A stretch of DNA of 64,000 bases from Mobula hypostoma. Its lineage: Eukaryota. Numbering within the stretch: position 1 is the first letter of the stretch; every line of letters starts with the position of its first letter. Below are positions 38,135-50,369 of the stretch, one piece after another. Under the pieces are notes generated by a model. That model had not been told where the DNA came from. It worked only from the letters and a program-made list of their open reading frames with translations, and ran no database searches. The position numbers and the translations under genes are program-made. The stretch lies in assembly GCF_963921235.1 (NCBI RefSeq), contig NC_086097.1, forward strand, positions 8,680,001 to 8,744,000. Direction: 5' to 3'.

Positions 38135-41100
38135 CATGTCTGTGCATGACGACATATATAACTAATTTCAGAGTTCTAAAGATTCAGTCTTTCGGATGGC
38201 ATATTGTTTCTTTCAGAATATCCCCCCAGACCTGTGGAGTGGCGTCAGGATTGGTAGATGTCTTGTCTCAGATGACGTTCTCAGTTTCTATTATCACATG
38301 GCCGTCAGTGACATAATTATCACTGAGAGGTAAGTCTGGTGACTGTAATATGTCTGTCTTGTTGGATGCAATTGACACAGGTGTGTTCTTTTGTATCTGG
38401 TGCACATGGTGTCTCCATGCCTGATCTCCGACATCCACTGTGAACATCAATGGTCCAGTTCTTGCAGCTATCCTACCAGGTGTCCACTTGTCATCTTGGT
38501 AATCACACACTAGGACTTCTTGTCCAAACTCAAAGCTCCTTGTTGTTTCACTTGACAACTGGTTGAATTAGTTTAAGCAGTTGAACTAATCCTCAGGATT
38601 AGTTCCTGAGGATTGGAGAGTGGCTAATGTAACCCCGCTTTTCAAAAAAGGAGGGAGAGAGAAACAGGGGAATTATAGACCGGTTAGCCTGACATCGGTG
38701 ATGGGGAAAAAGCTAGAGTCAGTTATCAAAGATTTGGAAAGCGGTGAAATCATCGGACAAAGTCAGCATGGATCTATGAAAGGAAAATCATGTCTGATGA
38801 ATCTTATAGAATTTTTTGAGGATGTAACTAGTAGAGTGGATAGGGGAGAACCAGTGGATGTGGTATATTTGGATTTTCAAAAGGCTTTTGACAAGTTCCC
38901 ACACAGGAGATTAGTGTGCAAACTTAAAGCACACGGTATTGGGGGTAAGGTATTGATGTGGATAGAGAATTGGTTGGCAGACAGGAAGCAAAGAGTGGGA
39001 ATAAACGGGACCTTTTCAGAATGGCAGGCAGTGACTAGTGGGGTCCTGCAAGGCTCAGTGCTGGGACCCCAGTTGTTTACAATATATATTAATGGCTTAG
39101 AAGAGGGAATTAAATGCAGCATCTCCAAGTTTGCGGATGATACGAAGCTGGGTGGCAGTGTTAGCTGTGAGGAGGATGCTAAGAGGATGCAGGGTGACTT
39201 GGATAGGTTAGGTGAGTGTGCAAAGTCATGGCAAATGCAATTTAATGTGGATAAATGTGAGGTTATCCACTTTGGTGGCAAGAACAGGAAAACAGATTAT
39301 TATCTGAATGGTGGCCGATTAAGAAAAGGGGAGGTGCAACGAGACCTGGGTGTCATTGTACAACAGTCATGAAAGTGGGCATGCAGGTACAGCAGGCGGT
39401 GAAAAAGGCGAATGGTATGTTGGCATTTATAACAAGAGGATTCGAGTACAGGAGCAGGGAGGTTCTACTGCAGTTGTACAAGGCCTTGGTGAGACCACTC
39501 CTGGAGTATTGTGTGCAGTTTTGGTCCCCTAATCTGAGGAAAGACATCCTTGCCATAGAGGGAGTACAAAGAAGGTTCACCAGATTGATTCCTGGGATGG
39601 CAGGTCTTTCATATGAAGAAAGACTGGATCGACTAGGCTTATACTCGCTGGAATTTAGAAGATTGAGGGGGGATCTTATTGAAACATATAAAATTCTAAA
39701 GAGATTGGGCAGGCTAGATTCAGGAAGATTGTTCCCGATGTTGGCGAAGTCCAAAGTGAGGGGTCACAGTTTAAGGATAAAGGGGAAGCCTTTTAGGGCT
39801 GAGATGAGGAAAAACTTCTTCACACAGAGAGTAGTGAATCTGTGGAATTTTCTGCCACAGCAAACTGTTGAGGCCAGTTCACTGGCTATATTTAAGAGGG
39901 AGTTAGATATGGCCCTTGTGACTAAAGGGATCAGGGGGTATGGAGAGAAGGCAGGTACAGGGTTCTGAGTTGGATGATCAGCCATGATCATACTGAATGG
40001 CAGTGCAGGCTCAAAGGGCCGAATGGCCTACTCCTACACCTATTTTCTATGTTTCTATGTTTCTATGAATTGTTTATTCCATACTTCCCTCCAGAGGTTT
40101 GGTTTCAGGAGGTCTATGCAAGATCTCAGATTCCTGCTCATGAACAGCATTGCAGGTGTTTGATTTGTTGTTGCATGAACAGAGTTCTGACACACAAAGG
40201 GGAAGTTGTCCACCTTGTCCTGTAGAGAATTTTCCTCCTTGTCCATTGCTTTAATTGACTTCTTGAAAGTTTGGATTTACCTTTCAGCTAGCTCATTCTG
40301 TTCCATCCAGTTCAATTCTGGCTTCATGCCTTAGCGTTTACTAATCCTCTTCTCAAATGCCTTCTCTATAGCATTGAGCAAATATACCAGTCTCTGGTTA
40401 GTGCTACCATTTGGGCTGCCATTTCCTGTTGATGTCACACTAAGAGCTTTGAATGACTGCCAGTCCAGTTGGATCTTTCTCAGCGATTCATGTCTGAAAA
40501 GTGCTGGCCCTCCACTTTCAATGCATAAACTTCTACCTTTTGTGATTGGCCTCCATACGTCACATTTACTTTCAGTTTACCTTTGGGAGACACTTTGTAG
40601 GTCTGTAGCATCACTGGTCTCTCTAATGGTATCTTAGGAAACAGTCTGTTGTAGTCAGCCTCTGGAATTATAGACAAAGCTGGCCCTGTATCCAGCTTAC
40701 ACCAGACACATCTATTGTGATCCAAGTTAGATTACTATCTGCTTCAATAATATTTTGCAGTTCTAAGCATGGCCGTTCATCCTTTTCTCGTCTTGTCAGA
40801 CTCTATGTTGTCTGATTCTGTTTTACATTTGGTAACTTTACACACTTGCTTAGTTTTGTGTTTATGACTTTTCACTCGGTTGTGCTTTTTTTCAGCCTTG
40901 CACACTCTCTCTATGTGACCTTGCTTGTGACACTTCCTGCAAGCTTGTTCTTTGAACCCACAGTTTTTTACATCATGGAAGAATTTGACACATTGATACC
41001 ATTTTTGGCTTTTTGCACCATTCAGAAACATTTTGTGCATTTCACATTCTAACTAATTTCTTTAGTTCTGCTGCATCTTACGCTGCAGTCTCTAAAGATA

Positions 41101-41150
41101 TTGCAATGGCCAATCCTCGTTCTAAGATTAGGTCTCTTTCTGCCATTCAT
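38135..41150 (-). mobile_element. Gypsy/Ty3 LTR retrotransposon internal region, deleted and interrupted by CR1
   Basis: Gag zinc knuckle CRKCHKQGHIERVC; protease LDTG; integrase HATTNQTPAMLF...LLKP and FEFGQEVLV...KWTPG...TGP; no recognisable RT/RNase H. Confidence 0.85.
38599..40067 (+). mobile_element. CR1 LINE, 5'-truncated, relatively young
   Basis: VPEDWRVANVTPLFKKG, YRPVSL, YLDFQKAFDK, FADD; (TTTCTATG)n tail; candidate TSD tgaatt at 38564-38569 and 40066-40071. Confidence 0.97.
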
Positions 41151-42181
41151 TCTATTGTGTTTCTTTGTATTTACTGTGAATTCCCACAGAAAACGAATCT
41201 CAGGCTGTAAATGGTAACATATATGTACTTCGATAATAGAGTTACTTTAAACATTGAACTTTGAACCTATCAGTGATCTTGTGATGCAAGTGTGCATGGT
41301 GCCATCTGGATCACACACCAATTCAGGCACAATTCTTTGAGATTAGGGGCAGAGGTTAAAATAGCGCACAGTTACTCCTGATGACTCAGGCAATCCTGTA
41401 GAAACTGTTTGAATGTCTTACCACCTGGGTCCTGAAGGAACCTTTATATTCAATATTTCAGGAACAGCTGTTTCCCCTCTACCATCAGATTTTTAAATGG
41501 ACCACCTCACTATGTTTTTTTTTGCTTTCCTTTTGTGTAATTTGTAGTTTTTTTTATTATTATGTATTACAATGTAGTTGATTGTATGTGACATTGACAA
41601 AAACCTGTGCGAGGAAGGTTTTAAGGTGGAAAAGCAGTTGTACTGGATTTTTCCACTCTCTTGATCTCATAAGTCAATGTACCATTTCACTGTACTGCTG
41701 TCACAAAAATAACAAATTTCACAACATACGCCAATCATATTCAACCTTATTCGGATTCTGAACCTGATTCACTTGGGTCCTGAAGGAACCTTTACAATGT
41801 ACAGTACTTTAAAGCAAATGCAAAAGACAACATAACCACAACTTTTGGGTGTGATAATTATCAGACACGCTTAACAGAGGAGTTAAAATAGAATCAAAGT
41901 ATTATTTGAGAATAGGGAAAGCATGGGCAAATTGTCGGGGCTGGGAGAAGTGAAGGGAAAAAGCAGCTGGAAGATTAACCATACTGATGGGCATTTTGTA
42001 CAAGAGGTCACAAGGGGTAGAGTGAATGGACAATGACCAGAAGCATTAAATCCAGGTCTTTCTTCACAGATATCTCTTGACATACAACATAAAATAGTGC
42101 AGCACAGGATCAGTCTATTTTGGCCCACAATCCCACAATGTTGGTCGAACCAAATAAATGTGTTACCAAATGGCTAATTCC

Positions 42182-43085
42182 TTCTGGTTTAAGATAGCAT
42201 TGGTGAAGCTCAGTGACTGCTTGCTGGTGGCAAATAAAACAAAGACAACAAGTCAATACTTCATTAATTACACTTTTTCCGCTAAACAATCACTGCAATC
42301 AATAGACTAACTTCCCTGCTGGAGTTAAGCTTTGAACTACCTGTACAACCCGGCATTATTTGCAGTGAGAATTGAAGTCTCGAAGGTGCAGGACAGCTGC
42401 AGCATGCTGTGCATGGGCTGAAGCAAGATGGTGGATTTGGGCTGGAGAGTGGGGAATGAGCCAATGTTTGGCCATTCCTGGAGCGAACTTGGAGGCAAGT
42501 TGATTTGGCAGAACAGAGGCGAGGGGAGCAGAGGCCTGGACCCGGGTCCAACAACAAGGAAATATCGAGGTTTGATCGATTTAAGTGCCAAGCTGAATTG
42601 GAAAAGTTTGGTACGGGCCAAATTGTGGTGACGGAGCACTGGCCTGAGAGCTTAACGACACGGCAGGCATGGGGTCCAAGAGCAAGATCTGAACGATTTA
42701 AGCGCTGGGCCAGATTGAAAAGGACTGTGTGTTGGGGTGAGAGTTGAGGCATGAGCTGGTTCAAATTGCTGCTCCACGAAGTTTACTGGTCTCCACACTG
42801 AACTTCAACTTGTTACTCTGTGAGGTTTACGCATCTCTGCACTGAACTGTGGCTGTGGCCTGCAACGATCACAGAGTGAACTCACTTTTGTAAACTTCAG
42901 TCTTGAATGTCATTTCCTAACTTTTATCATTTGAATTTTTTTTTCAGCGTGTTGGGTGTTTGATGGTGTTCTTTTACTTTAATGGGTTCTATTGGATTTT
43001 TTTGTTTTGTAGCTGCCTATAAGAAGACAAATCTCAAGGTTGTATAAAGTATACATACTTTAATAATAAATGTACTTGGACTTTA
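42182..43085 (+). mobile_element. Non-autonomous Rex1-tailed element nested in a CR1 3' fragment (42080-43415, minus)
   Basis: Same termini as 11310-12147; flanking CR1 reads GDLIEIYEVMKG...RGHAFKV. Confidence 0.6.
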
Positions 43086-43784
43086 ATTAATCCCTTCTGC
43101 CTACACAATGTCCATATTCTTCCATTTCCCTCACAATCCTGTGCCAATCTAAACATCGTTTAAAAACTCCTAATGTATCTGCCTCGACCACCACCCCAGG
43201 CAGCACATTCCAGACACCCACCACTCTCTGTGCAAAAAATACTTGCCCCTCATTTCTCCTTTGAAATTAATCAATCTCACCTTAAATGCATGCCCTCTGG
43301 TATTAGACATTTGAACCCTGAGAAAGAGATAATGTCTGGCTACACTATATATGCCTTTCATAACCTCATAAATCTCGATCAGATCTCCTGGCAGCCTCAG
43401 CCATTCCAGAAAAATACTTGACCTTGAAGTATTTCCAGGACTTCTGGTTTTCATTTTGGTTTTCCACCATCTGATTTTTTTTTAAGAGCATGAATTGGGG
43501 ATTAGTGTAGAGGAATTTGTACTGATGGGGAAGGAGGTAGAGAATTGCAAACCTTGAATTCAGTGTAAAGGGTGGTCAATGGGCCCCAGTAGATCTTTGT
43601 GCTGGATAGAACCTAGACACTGAATTTTGGAAAAGTCTGTGTTAATTTAGATCAGAAAAAAATAGTTTGAAATGCTTTGGATGAGTGTAAACACAAGAGA
43701 TTCTGCAGATGCTGGAAATCTGCTTACGTTTGCTGGAATGATGGATAGTCAGCTCCTTCTCGGGTACTTGACTCTGTAGTATCC

Positions 43785-44113
43785 AGCACATCTTCAAGAA
43801 ATGATGTCACAAAAAGGTGTCATCCATCATTAAGGACTCCCATCACCCAAGTCATGCCTTATTCTCATCTCTACCATCAAGAGGTCCAGAAGCCTGAAGA
43901 CACTCTCTCAACAATTCAGGAACAGCTTCTTCCCCTCTGTCATACAGCTTCTGAATTTCTGTTTTCACACTACTTATTTAATTATTTTATATATATATAC
44001 TTGCTGTATTTCAGATTTTTTCTCTATTATTATGTATCACATTGCATTGCTGCCACAAAGACAATAAATTTCACGAGATAGGCCGTTGGTACTTAACGTG
44101 ATTCTGATTCTGA
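43785..44113 (+). mobile_element. SIIKDSHHPSHALFSSLPS: Rex1 3' fragment
   Basis: SIIKDSHHPSHALFSSLPS and FRNSFFP; tgattctgattctga tail. Confidence 0.75.
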
Positions 44114-45000
44114 ATCCAGTGCAACACACAAAAACTCAGGAACTCAGCAGGTCAGGCAGCATTTATGGAAGTGAATAAACTGTTGACATTTCAGGCTGAG
44201 ACCCTTCATCAGGACAGATGAATGTAGGCATATTAAAAGCCTGTTTGAGGTAGCAGCAGGAATGGTAATGATTGATGTGTGCATCTTTATGACGGATAAA
44301 AAATGGGGTCTGAAACTTCATTCAGGATAAGATGAAATGCTGAGGTTGTTCAGGGTAGTTTTCACTTTCAACGCTTGGATGCTCAGCTGCTCTCTCATAC
44401 CAGGTCCACTGATTCTCATTATTGAAGCCGAACATGAAAATGAAGTAGTCCTTCAGGTGTGAGTCAAATGCTGCAATTATTTGGATCACCCTATCTGTCA
44501 AATAGATCTTTACAATGGTAAAGTTAATGAGATGTGCTGGGAACAGGCCGGGACCTAGAGGGAAATGTTACAACTGGTCCAATATTTCAGAACTTAAACA
44601 ATCATGATCTATAAATGGCCACCTCTGGACTCTGTGACTCGATGCAGGAAACAGTGAAAGGATTGCAGAAGAAAAATAGAATTGGAAATGTTCACAGGTT
44701 CAAAACTAGCATCGTTCATCAAAGTCTGTGAATTCAAAGGGGAAGTTCAGGCCATCGAAGGTGATGAAAATACATGACAGAGGGGAAAAAAAGGACTCAT
44801 ATTGTGATCTCAAAATTCTTTGCAGCCAATGAAGTGGCTTTAAGTTATAGTCACTGTTAAAACGTGAACTGAGTTTCACTCAAATTGTACCCGACGTACC
44901 AATTCAATAATAGCTAAGTAATCTTTCAAAAACAATGCTGAACACAGATTGAATAACAGTGATAACAGGGCTGTAAACTTGGATTAAACCCCAATATAAA

Positions 45001-45290
45001 TGGAGCACCACAGTAGTGGAGTGGTACGTGCGACGATATTATAGCTCAGGACATCGGAGTTTGGAGTTCAATTCCAGCATCCGCCGTAGGAATTCTTTAC
45101 GTTCTTCCCATGAGTGCGTAGGTTTCCTCCAAGTACTCCAGTTTGCTCCCACAGTCCAAAGACGTGCCAGTTAGTTGGTTAATTGGTCTTGTGATTAGGC
45201 TGGGGTTAAATCAGTGGGTTGCTGGACAGCACAGCTCAGTGGGCCAGAAGGGCCTGTTCCGTACTGGATAAAATAAAAATACATAAATAA
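45001..45290 (+). mobile_element. V-SINE
   Basis: tRNA head, cccacagtccaaagac V-domain and tail. Confidence 0.8.
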
Positions 45291-45939
45291 CCTACATTGG
45301 ACATTATATATCTAACTGTGAATTTCAATCTAATTTTAATTTCAAATCCAGAGAAGAAATGTGCTGGCAGTCTGTGTCATTCAGGCCCCAGCAAATATGA
45401 GTCAACTGTTGTGCTTTCTGTAATGCTGGCTGGCTGATACTGGTTTTATGAGACCCAATTACAACCTGCAATAGCGCATCACTCCCTTCATACCACACTG
45501 GGGTTTTGAAACTCAGGCTCTGTAGCACTGCGCTAGCCCACATACTTCTGAATCCAAAATCAGGCTGTTGCCAATTTGTACCGTGACTGACAATGTAGCA
45601 GTTGTATCATGACTGTTCCAAGTGCTAAGCTCAATAACCTGGATGCACAAAATGCTTTGCATTCTGCACCAAAATGGAGGAGACACAAGTAGGATTAGTC
45701 CTTACTTCAGCCAGGCTGTACTTCATTGGCAAGCTGGCTGGGAAAACAGGATAAGAATGATTTTGGCCATCCTTCATCATTGGTATGACAAGAAAAATGT
45801 TTTTGATATTATAAAGCTGTAGTTTTTTGAGTTCACTCTCTCTCTCTCTCTTTCCCCTTGATCTCTATTCTCCTATTTCCTGTCTCCCAAGCTTTTATTT
45901 GTTAAAACACAGATGGTTGAATCACCACCTGGTGTGGAA

Positions 45940-46500
45940 ACAAAAATGCCCTTGATCAAAAAAACACACTAAAAGTAATCAATACAGCCCAGTCTATCAC
46001 AAGTAAGATCCTCCTCACCATTGAGTACATCTACATTGAACACTGTTGCAGGAAAGCAAAATCCATCGTCAAGGACCCCCAATATCCAGGCCATGCTCTC
46101 ATTTTCCTTTTGTCATCAGGAAGGAGGTACAGGAGCCTCAGGACCCACAACACCAGGTTCACGAACAATTATTATCCCTCAACCATTAGGGGATGATTTC
46201 ACTCAACTTCGCTCACCCCATCACTGAACTGACTCACTTTCAAGGACTCTTAATCTCATGTTCTCAAGGTTTATTGTTTATTTATATATTATTATGATTT
46301 TTTTTCTTTTTATGTTTGCACAGTTTGTTGTTTTTTGCACATTTATTTTTTTTGCTTGTCCTGTTGGGTGCAGTCTTTCGTTGATGCTATTGTGTTTCTT
46401 GGATTTACTATGAATACCCGCAAGAGAATGAATCTCAGAGTTGTATATGGTGACATATAGTGTATGTATACGCTTTGGTAATAAATTTACTTTGAACTTT
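45940..46500 (+). mobile_element. Rex1 3' fragment
   Basis: IVKDPQYPGHALIF..SGRRYRSL; tail aataaatttactttgaacttt. Confidence 0.8.
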
Positions 46501-47334
46501 TAACTTTGTAAATTAAACAAATAGTTAAACACTGACATGACCTTTACACTCTGCCAATTGTGACTGGTGTCAATCTGTCTCTTGCAATGTGATAATTTAG
46601 TTACAACTAATGCACTCCTCAATGTACACAATCCACTGATGACACAATCACTTTGTTCTGTGATAATGGCATTGTTAGTTTCAAAGTGCGTATGGCCCAC
46701 CAGGACCTCAGGATAATGCCTAAGCAAACTGATGTTATTGTTGTGATCATCATATTGATGTAACAGAGCCTAGCAACACAATGAGGATCTCACTGACAAT
46801 TCTGTGAAGTAGTCCCCAGTCAGGAAACACGGTATTCAGTGGAAAGTTTTGTGGTCACTGGGATGGAGTTCGTTCAGATGAAGGATGCCTTTAATAGGAG
46901 TTAACAACTAACCAAACAAGGTGAAAAGTTAAAATGAGCATAGTTACAGCAACACATATTTCTTTTTATAACAAAATTAACTTTATTCATAATTTTAAAA
47001 TCAGTTACAATAATAAACCATTCCATGTCTATTCATTCTTTAAATTTGTAGTCTATGCTGGTGGTGCGCATTTTCAAGTTTCTGTATCTTGTTCCCAAAT
47101 GGGAGACTAGGGGAAGAGAGAACATCCATGGTGGGTGCAGCCTTTAGTTTTGCAGGCTTTGGAGCATCCATCAATCTGTACTCCTTCAGTCTAGAATGTG
47201 CCAGTTAGCAGCATTCCTCCATAGATATCCTTACATTTCCTTCTGATATAGACAACAATTTAGGCAATCAAGCCTTTAGAAAATTAGTTCCCCCCCCCTC
47301 CGTTATTTCCCTGTAAGTTACTATTAGTTACATG

Positions 47335-47841
47335 CTCCTTCACACCTGCTTATTAAATCAAATATCTAATCATCCAATCACGTGCCAGCAACTCTGTGCA
47401 TAAAAGCATGCAGACATGGTCAAGAGGTTCAATTGTTGTTCAGACCAAACATCAGAATGGGGAAGAAATGTGATCTAAGTGACATTAACTGTGCAATGAT
47501 AGTTGTTGACACGAGATGGTTTGAGTATCTCGGAAACAGCTGATCTCCTGGGATTTTCATGCACAACAGTCTTTTTTTACAGTTTACAGAGAAAGAGGTG
47601 AAAAACAGGAGAAACATCCTGTGAATGGCAGTTCTGCCGGTGAAAATGCCTTGTTAATGATAGAGGTCAGAGGAGAATGGCTAAACTACTTCAAGCTGAC
47701 AGGAAGATGACAGTAACCTAAATAACCACACGTTTCAACCATAGTGTGCAGAAAAGCATCTCTAAATGCACAACATATCGAACTTTGACCAGAGCACCAC
47801 ACTGATTTCCATTCCTGTCTTAATAAAGTGGCCACTGACTG
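47335..47841 (+). mobile_element. Tc1-like DNA transposon deletion derivative with transposase N-terminal remnant
   Basis: MGKKCDLSD from 47457, SISETADLLGFS, RGQRRMA; right end taataaagtggccactgactg followed by TA. Confidence 0.85.
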
Positions 47842-47856
47842 TAATGGGTGGCGACG

Positions 47857-48240
47857 TGGAGGTACATCTCTACAAAAGGAGCTGTTAGGTGCCCTTTCCC
47901 TCCACTAGCCTGTGGGTCTCCCTTGGGCAAGCTGGAGCACCTGCCTAGGCCCCCCACCCCGATTAGGGTCATGTGAAGCTACGGGAGCTGGTGGTAGATG
48001 GTTGCATGAGCAGCTGATGCATATCACAATTTCTAGTTATGATTTCACTGATGCCAGACATACAAACTCTGAAAAGTATTGATAAATGCTGGGGTCACCT
48101 GTCTTGTAAAGACATTGCCCAGAAGAAAGGCAATGGCAAACCACTTCTTTAGAAAATTGTTCCAAGAACAATCACAGTCATGGAATGGAATGACCATGAT
48201 CACCCACATCATACGACATGGCATATAACAAACGAACAAA
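47857..48240 (+). mobile_element. RTE-tailed short non-autonomous element
   Basis: agaagaaaggcaatggcaaaccacttc resembles the BovB/RTE motif; further copies at 34485 and 61287. Confidence 0.6.
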
Positions 48241-50033
48241 CTAAGTGTAAATGTGTGTACATAGTTATATCTTCATTTCTTTCACTTGCTACGACTATGT
48301 TTGAAACTTTCGCAAAACCACCAAGAAAAAACTTGTATTTCTATCATAACTTCAGCAGAGGTTCTGCAAAAAAATCTCAGTTACAAACATAACTGGGCCT
48401 TTTGCCAAAGTTAGATCAGTGGCGCCATAGAGGTCTGGAGAAATTTGTCATCGAGTCTCTGTGCTGTGTACAGATCAGACAAGCATATTCAACAAGAGGC
48501 TGCAGAATTTTTTAAAAAGTTGCCAAGCAAACGAACTCTAGCCAACGGTAGCAAACCTGCTGTTTCTGTAGCAACTCAAGGTACTTCTCAGAAACATATT
48601 TGTTTAGAAAGTACAGTCCCTCCAGATGCTTAGATTGGTTTTAAACGGATTTATCAAACTCTTAGAAACAGACCTAGATACAGACAAAATGATCAAGACC
48701 TATGATAATTAAAACAGCGACTCTGTTTTTGTAAGCAAAGCCATTTTTTTTATTTCCTCATAAATCAAGGACAAACTAAAGAATGTAATTATGTTCACAA
48801 TCTGAGTGGTTAGTTCTCATGTTAAAATAATAAACATAATATGTTTTTGCTCGGCAAACTGGTAAATGTGATTTCTATTATAATTGTTACATTGTACTAC
48901 CTTAGTGAAGTTCCTTGGTTTTACTTTGGGCCTTGGGCCTATAACCTGTCCAATTGTTGGATATGAACAAACACTTCATGGGTATATTGTTTAAACTACG
49001 AGAATCCTTGACACATTGGGAATAAAAAATGTTAATTTAATAGAATAATGGATATGAAGAGATACGTGTACCAATTTTATTTTGTTCCCTGTAATGGGGT
49101 GGTGTGGCCATATTGTTCAAGGGTGTTCAGGTACCTATAAAAGGTGTCCATGATTCAGCTCCATACAGTAATGTAAGAAAGATGATTTCTCTATAAACAA
49201 AAAGTTTTGTTTGAACCTAAAGGTCATGGTCTTCAAAATCTCATTTTCCTTAATCTTGCATGGGCTCCACTAGCACTAGTCAGGTGGTGGCTGATCTCCA
49301 AGTTGTTGTCTGCTTTTGAGGACAGAATGCTGCCAAGGCAGGGAAAGTGGTCTACACTTTCAAGGGTGATATACAACCAAAAGACCTGACCACTAACCAA
49401 AGCCAGCACTTATTCTTGCTCACACTGTACTAGAATATGTGAATCCAGGACTGGACTTCACAGCCACCTGAGAACCCACCAATAGACAACCTCTTTGGAG
49501 AAAATCATACTCGAGTGATCACACTACCCATTGCTAAACAGGGAGTTGGCGGCTAATGCAGGTGTGTACAGAAATCCACAGCTTCAGGGACTCTCTTTCC
49601 TATAGCACTTTGACTTCAATTAGCATTCGTGTGTTTCTGATTTCCAGCTGCCATAGTGATTGAGTCTTTAAGGACTGATGACCAGTGCTGCATTCTGTGC
49701 ACTGAATTGTTAGAAGCTGCATTCAACTATACTGCTCCCTATAGGAGTCAGGACAGAATATAGTCATGCATCTTTTGAGGTAGAAAGTATTTTCAGCGAA
49801 TCTTGCACCATCTCCACAGGTAACAATACCAAAAAAGGTGTGATCCAATTTCAAAGAACTCATCTGAGTGACAGCTCCTTCAATAATGCAGCACCAACAC
49901 TCTACTTCAGAACTGTACTAAATCTCAACAAGTTTAAGTCTTCATAGCCTGAAAGTAGAATGGTCGATTTAGAATTAGAACCTTCACCCAAATTTCTCAG
50001 TTATGTGCTATAACTTACCAGTTATAAAAGTGC

Positions 50034-50307
50034 ATGCATGATGATGATGATGGTGATGCTGATGACGTCGACTCAGACCTGAGAGGCCAGCATCGGGCAT
50101 TTTTATGCCCCACAAGGCACAGTTTGAAAGGCTGTGTGGGGCGCAACTCCTCGCACAGACATTCCACAGCATTATTTTACAAGGCCGAGTTGCGAGTTCG
50201 ACTCGGCGCGGATGGAGAGCGCGCACGGGGGCGGTCTGTCACTGGATCGAACTCGGGAACCTCCCTTCTCGAGCCCGGCGCTGATTTCACTGCACCACCA
50301 GCCGACC
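50034..50307 (-). mobile_element. CpG-rich tRNA-derived SINE with (CAT)n tail
   Basis: Minus strand ggtcggctggtggtgcagtg (A box)...gagttcgatcc (B box); (CAT)n tail. Confidence 0.8.
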
Positions 50308-50369
50308 ATTATGAAATCTTCTCAACAACTAATCCCAACAAGATCAAAGAGACAAGCTTAATACAGTGT

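Noticed and set aside
48470..48580. Possible exon (SDKHIQQEAAEFFKKLPSKR...) between AG and GT
   Set aside because: Weak splice signals, no recognisable protein and no partner exons.
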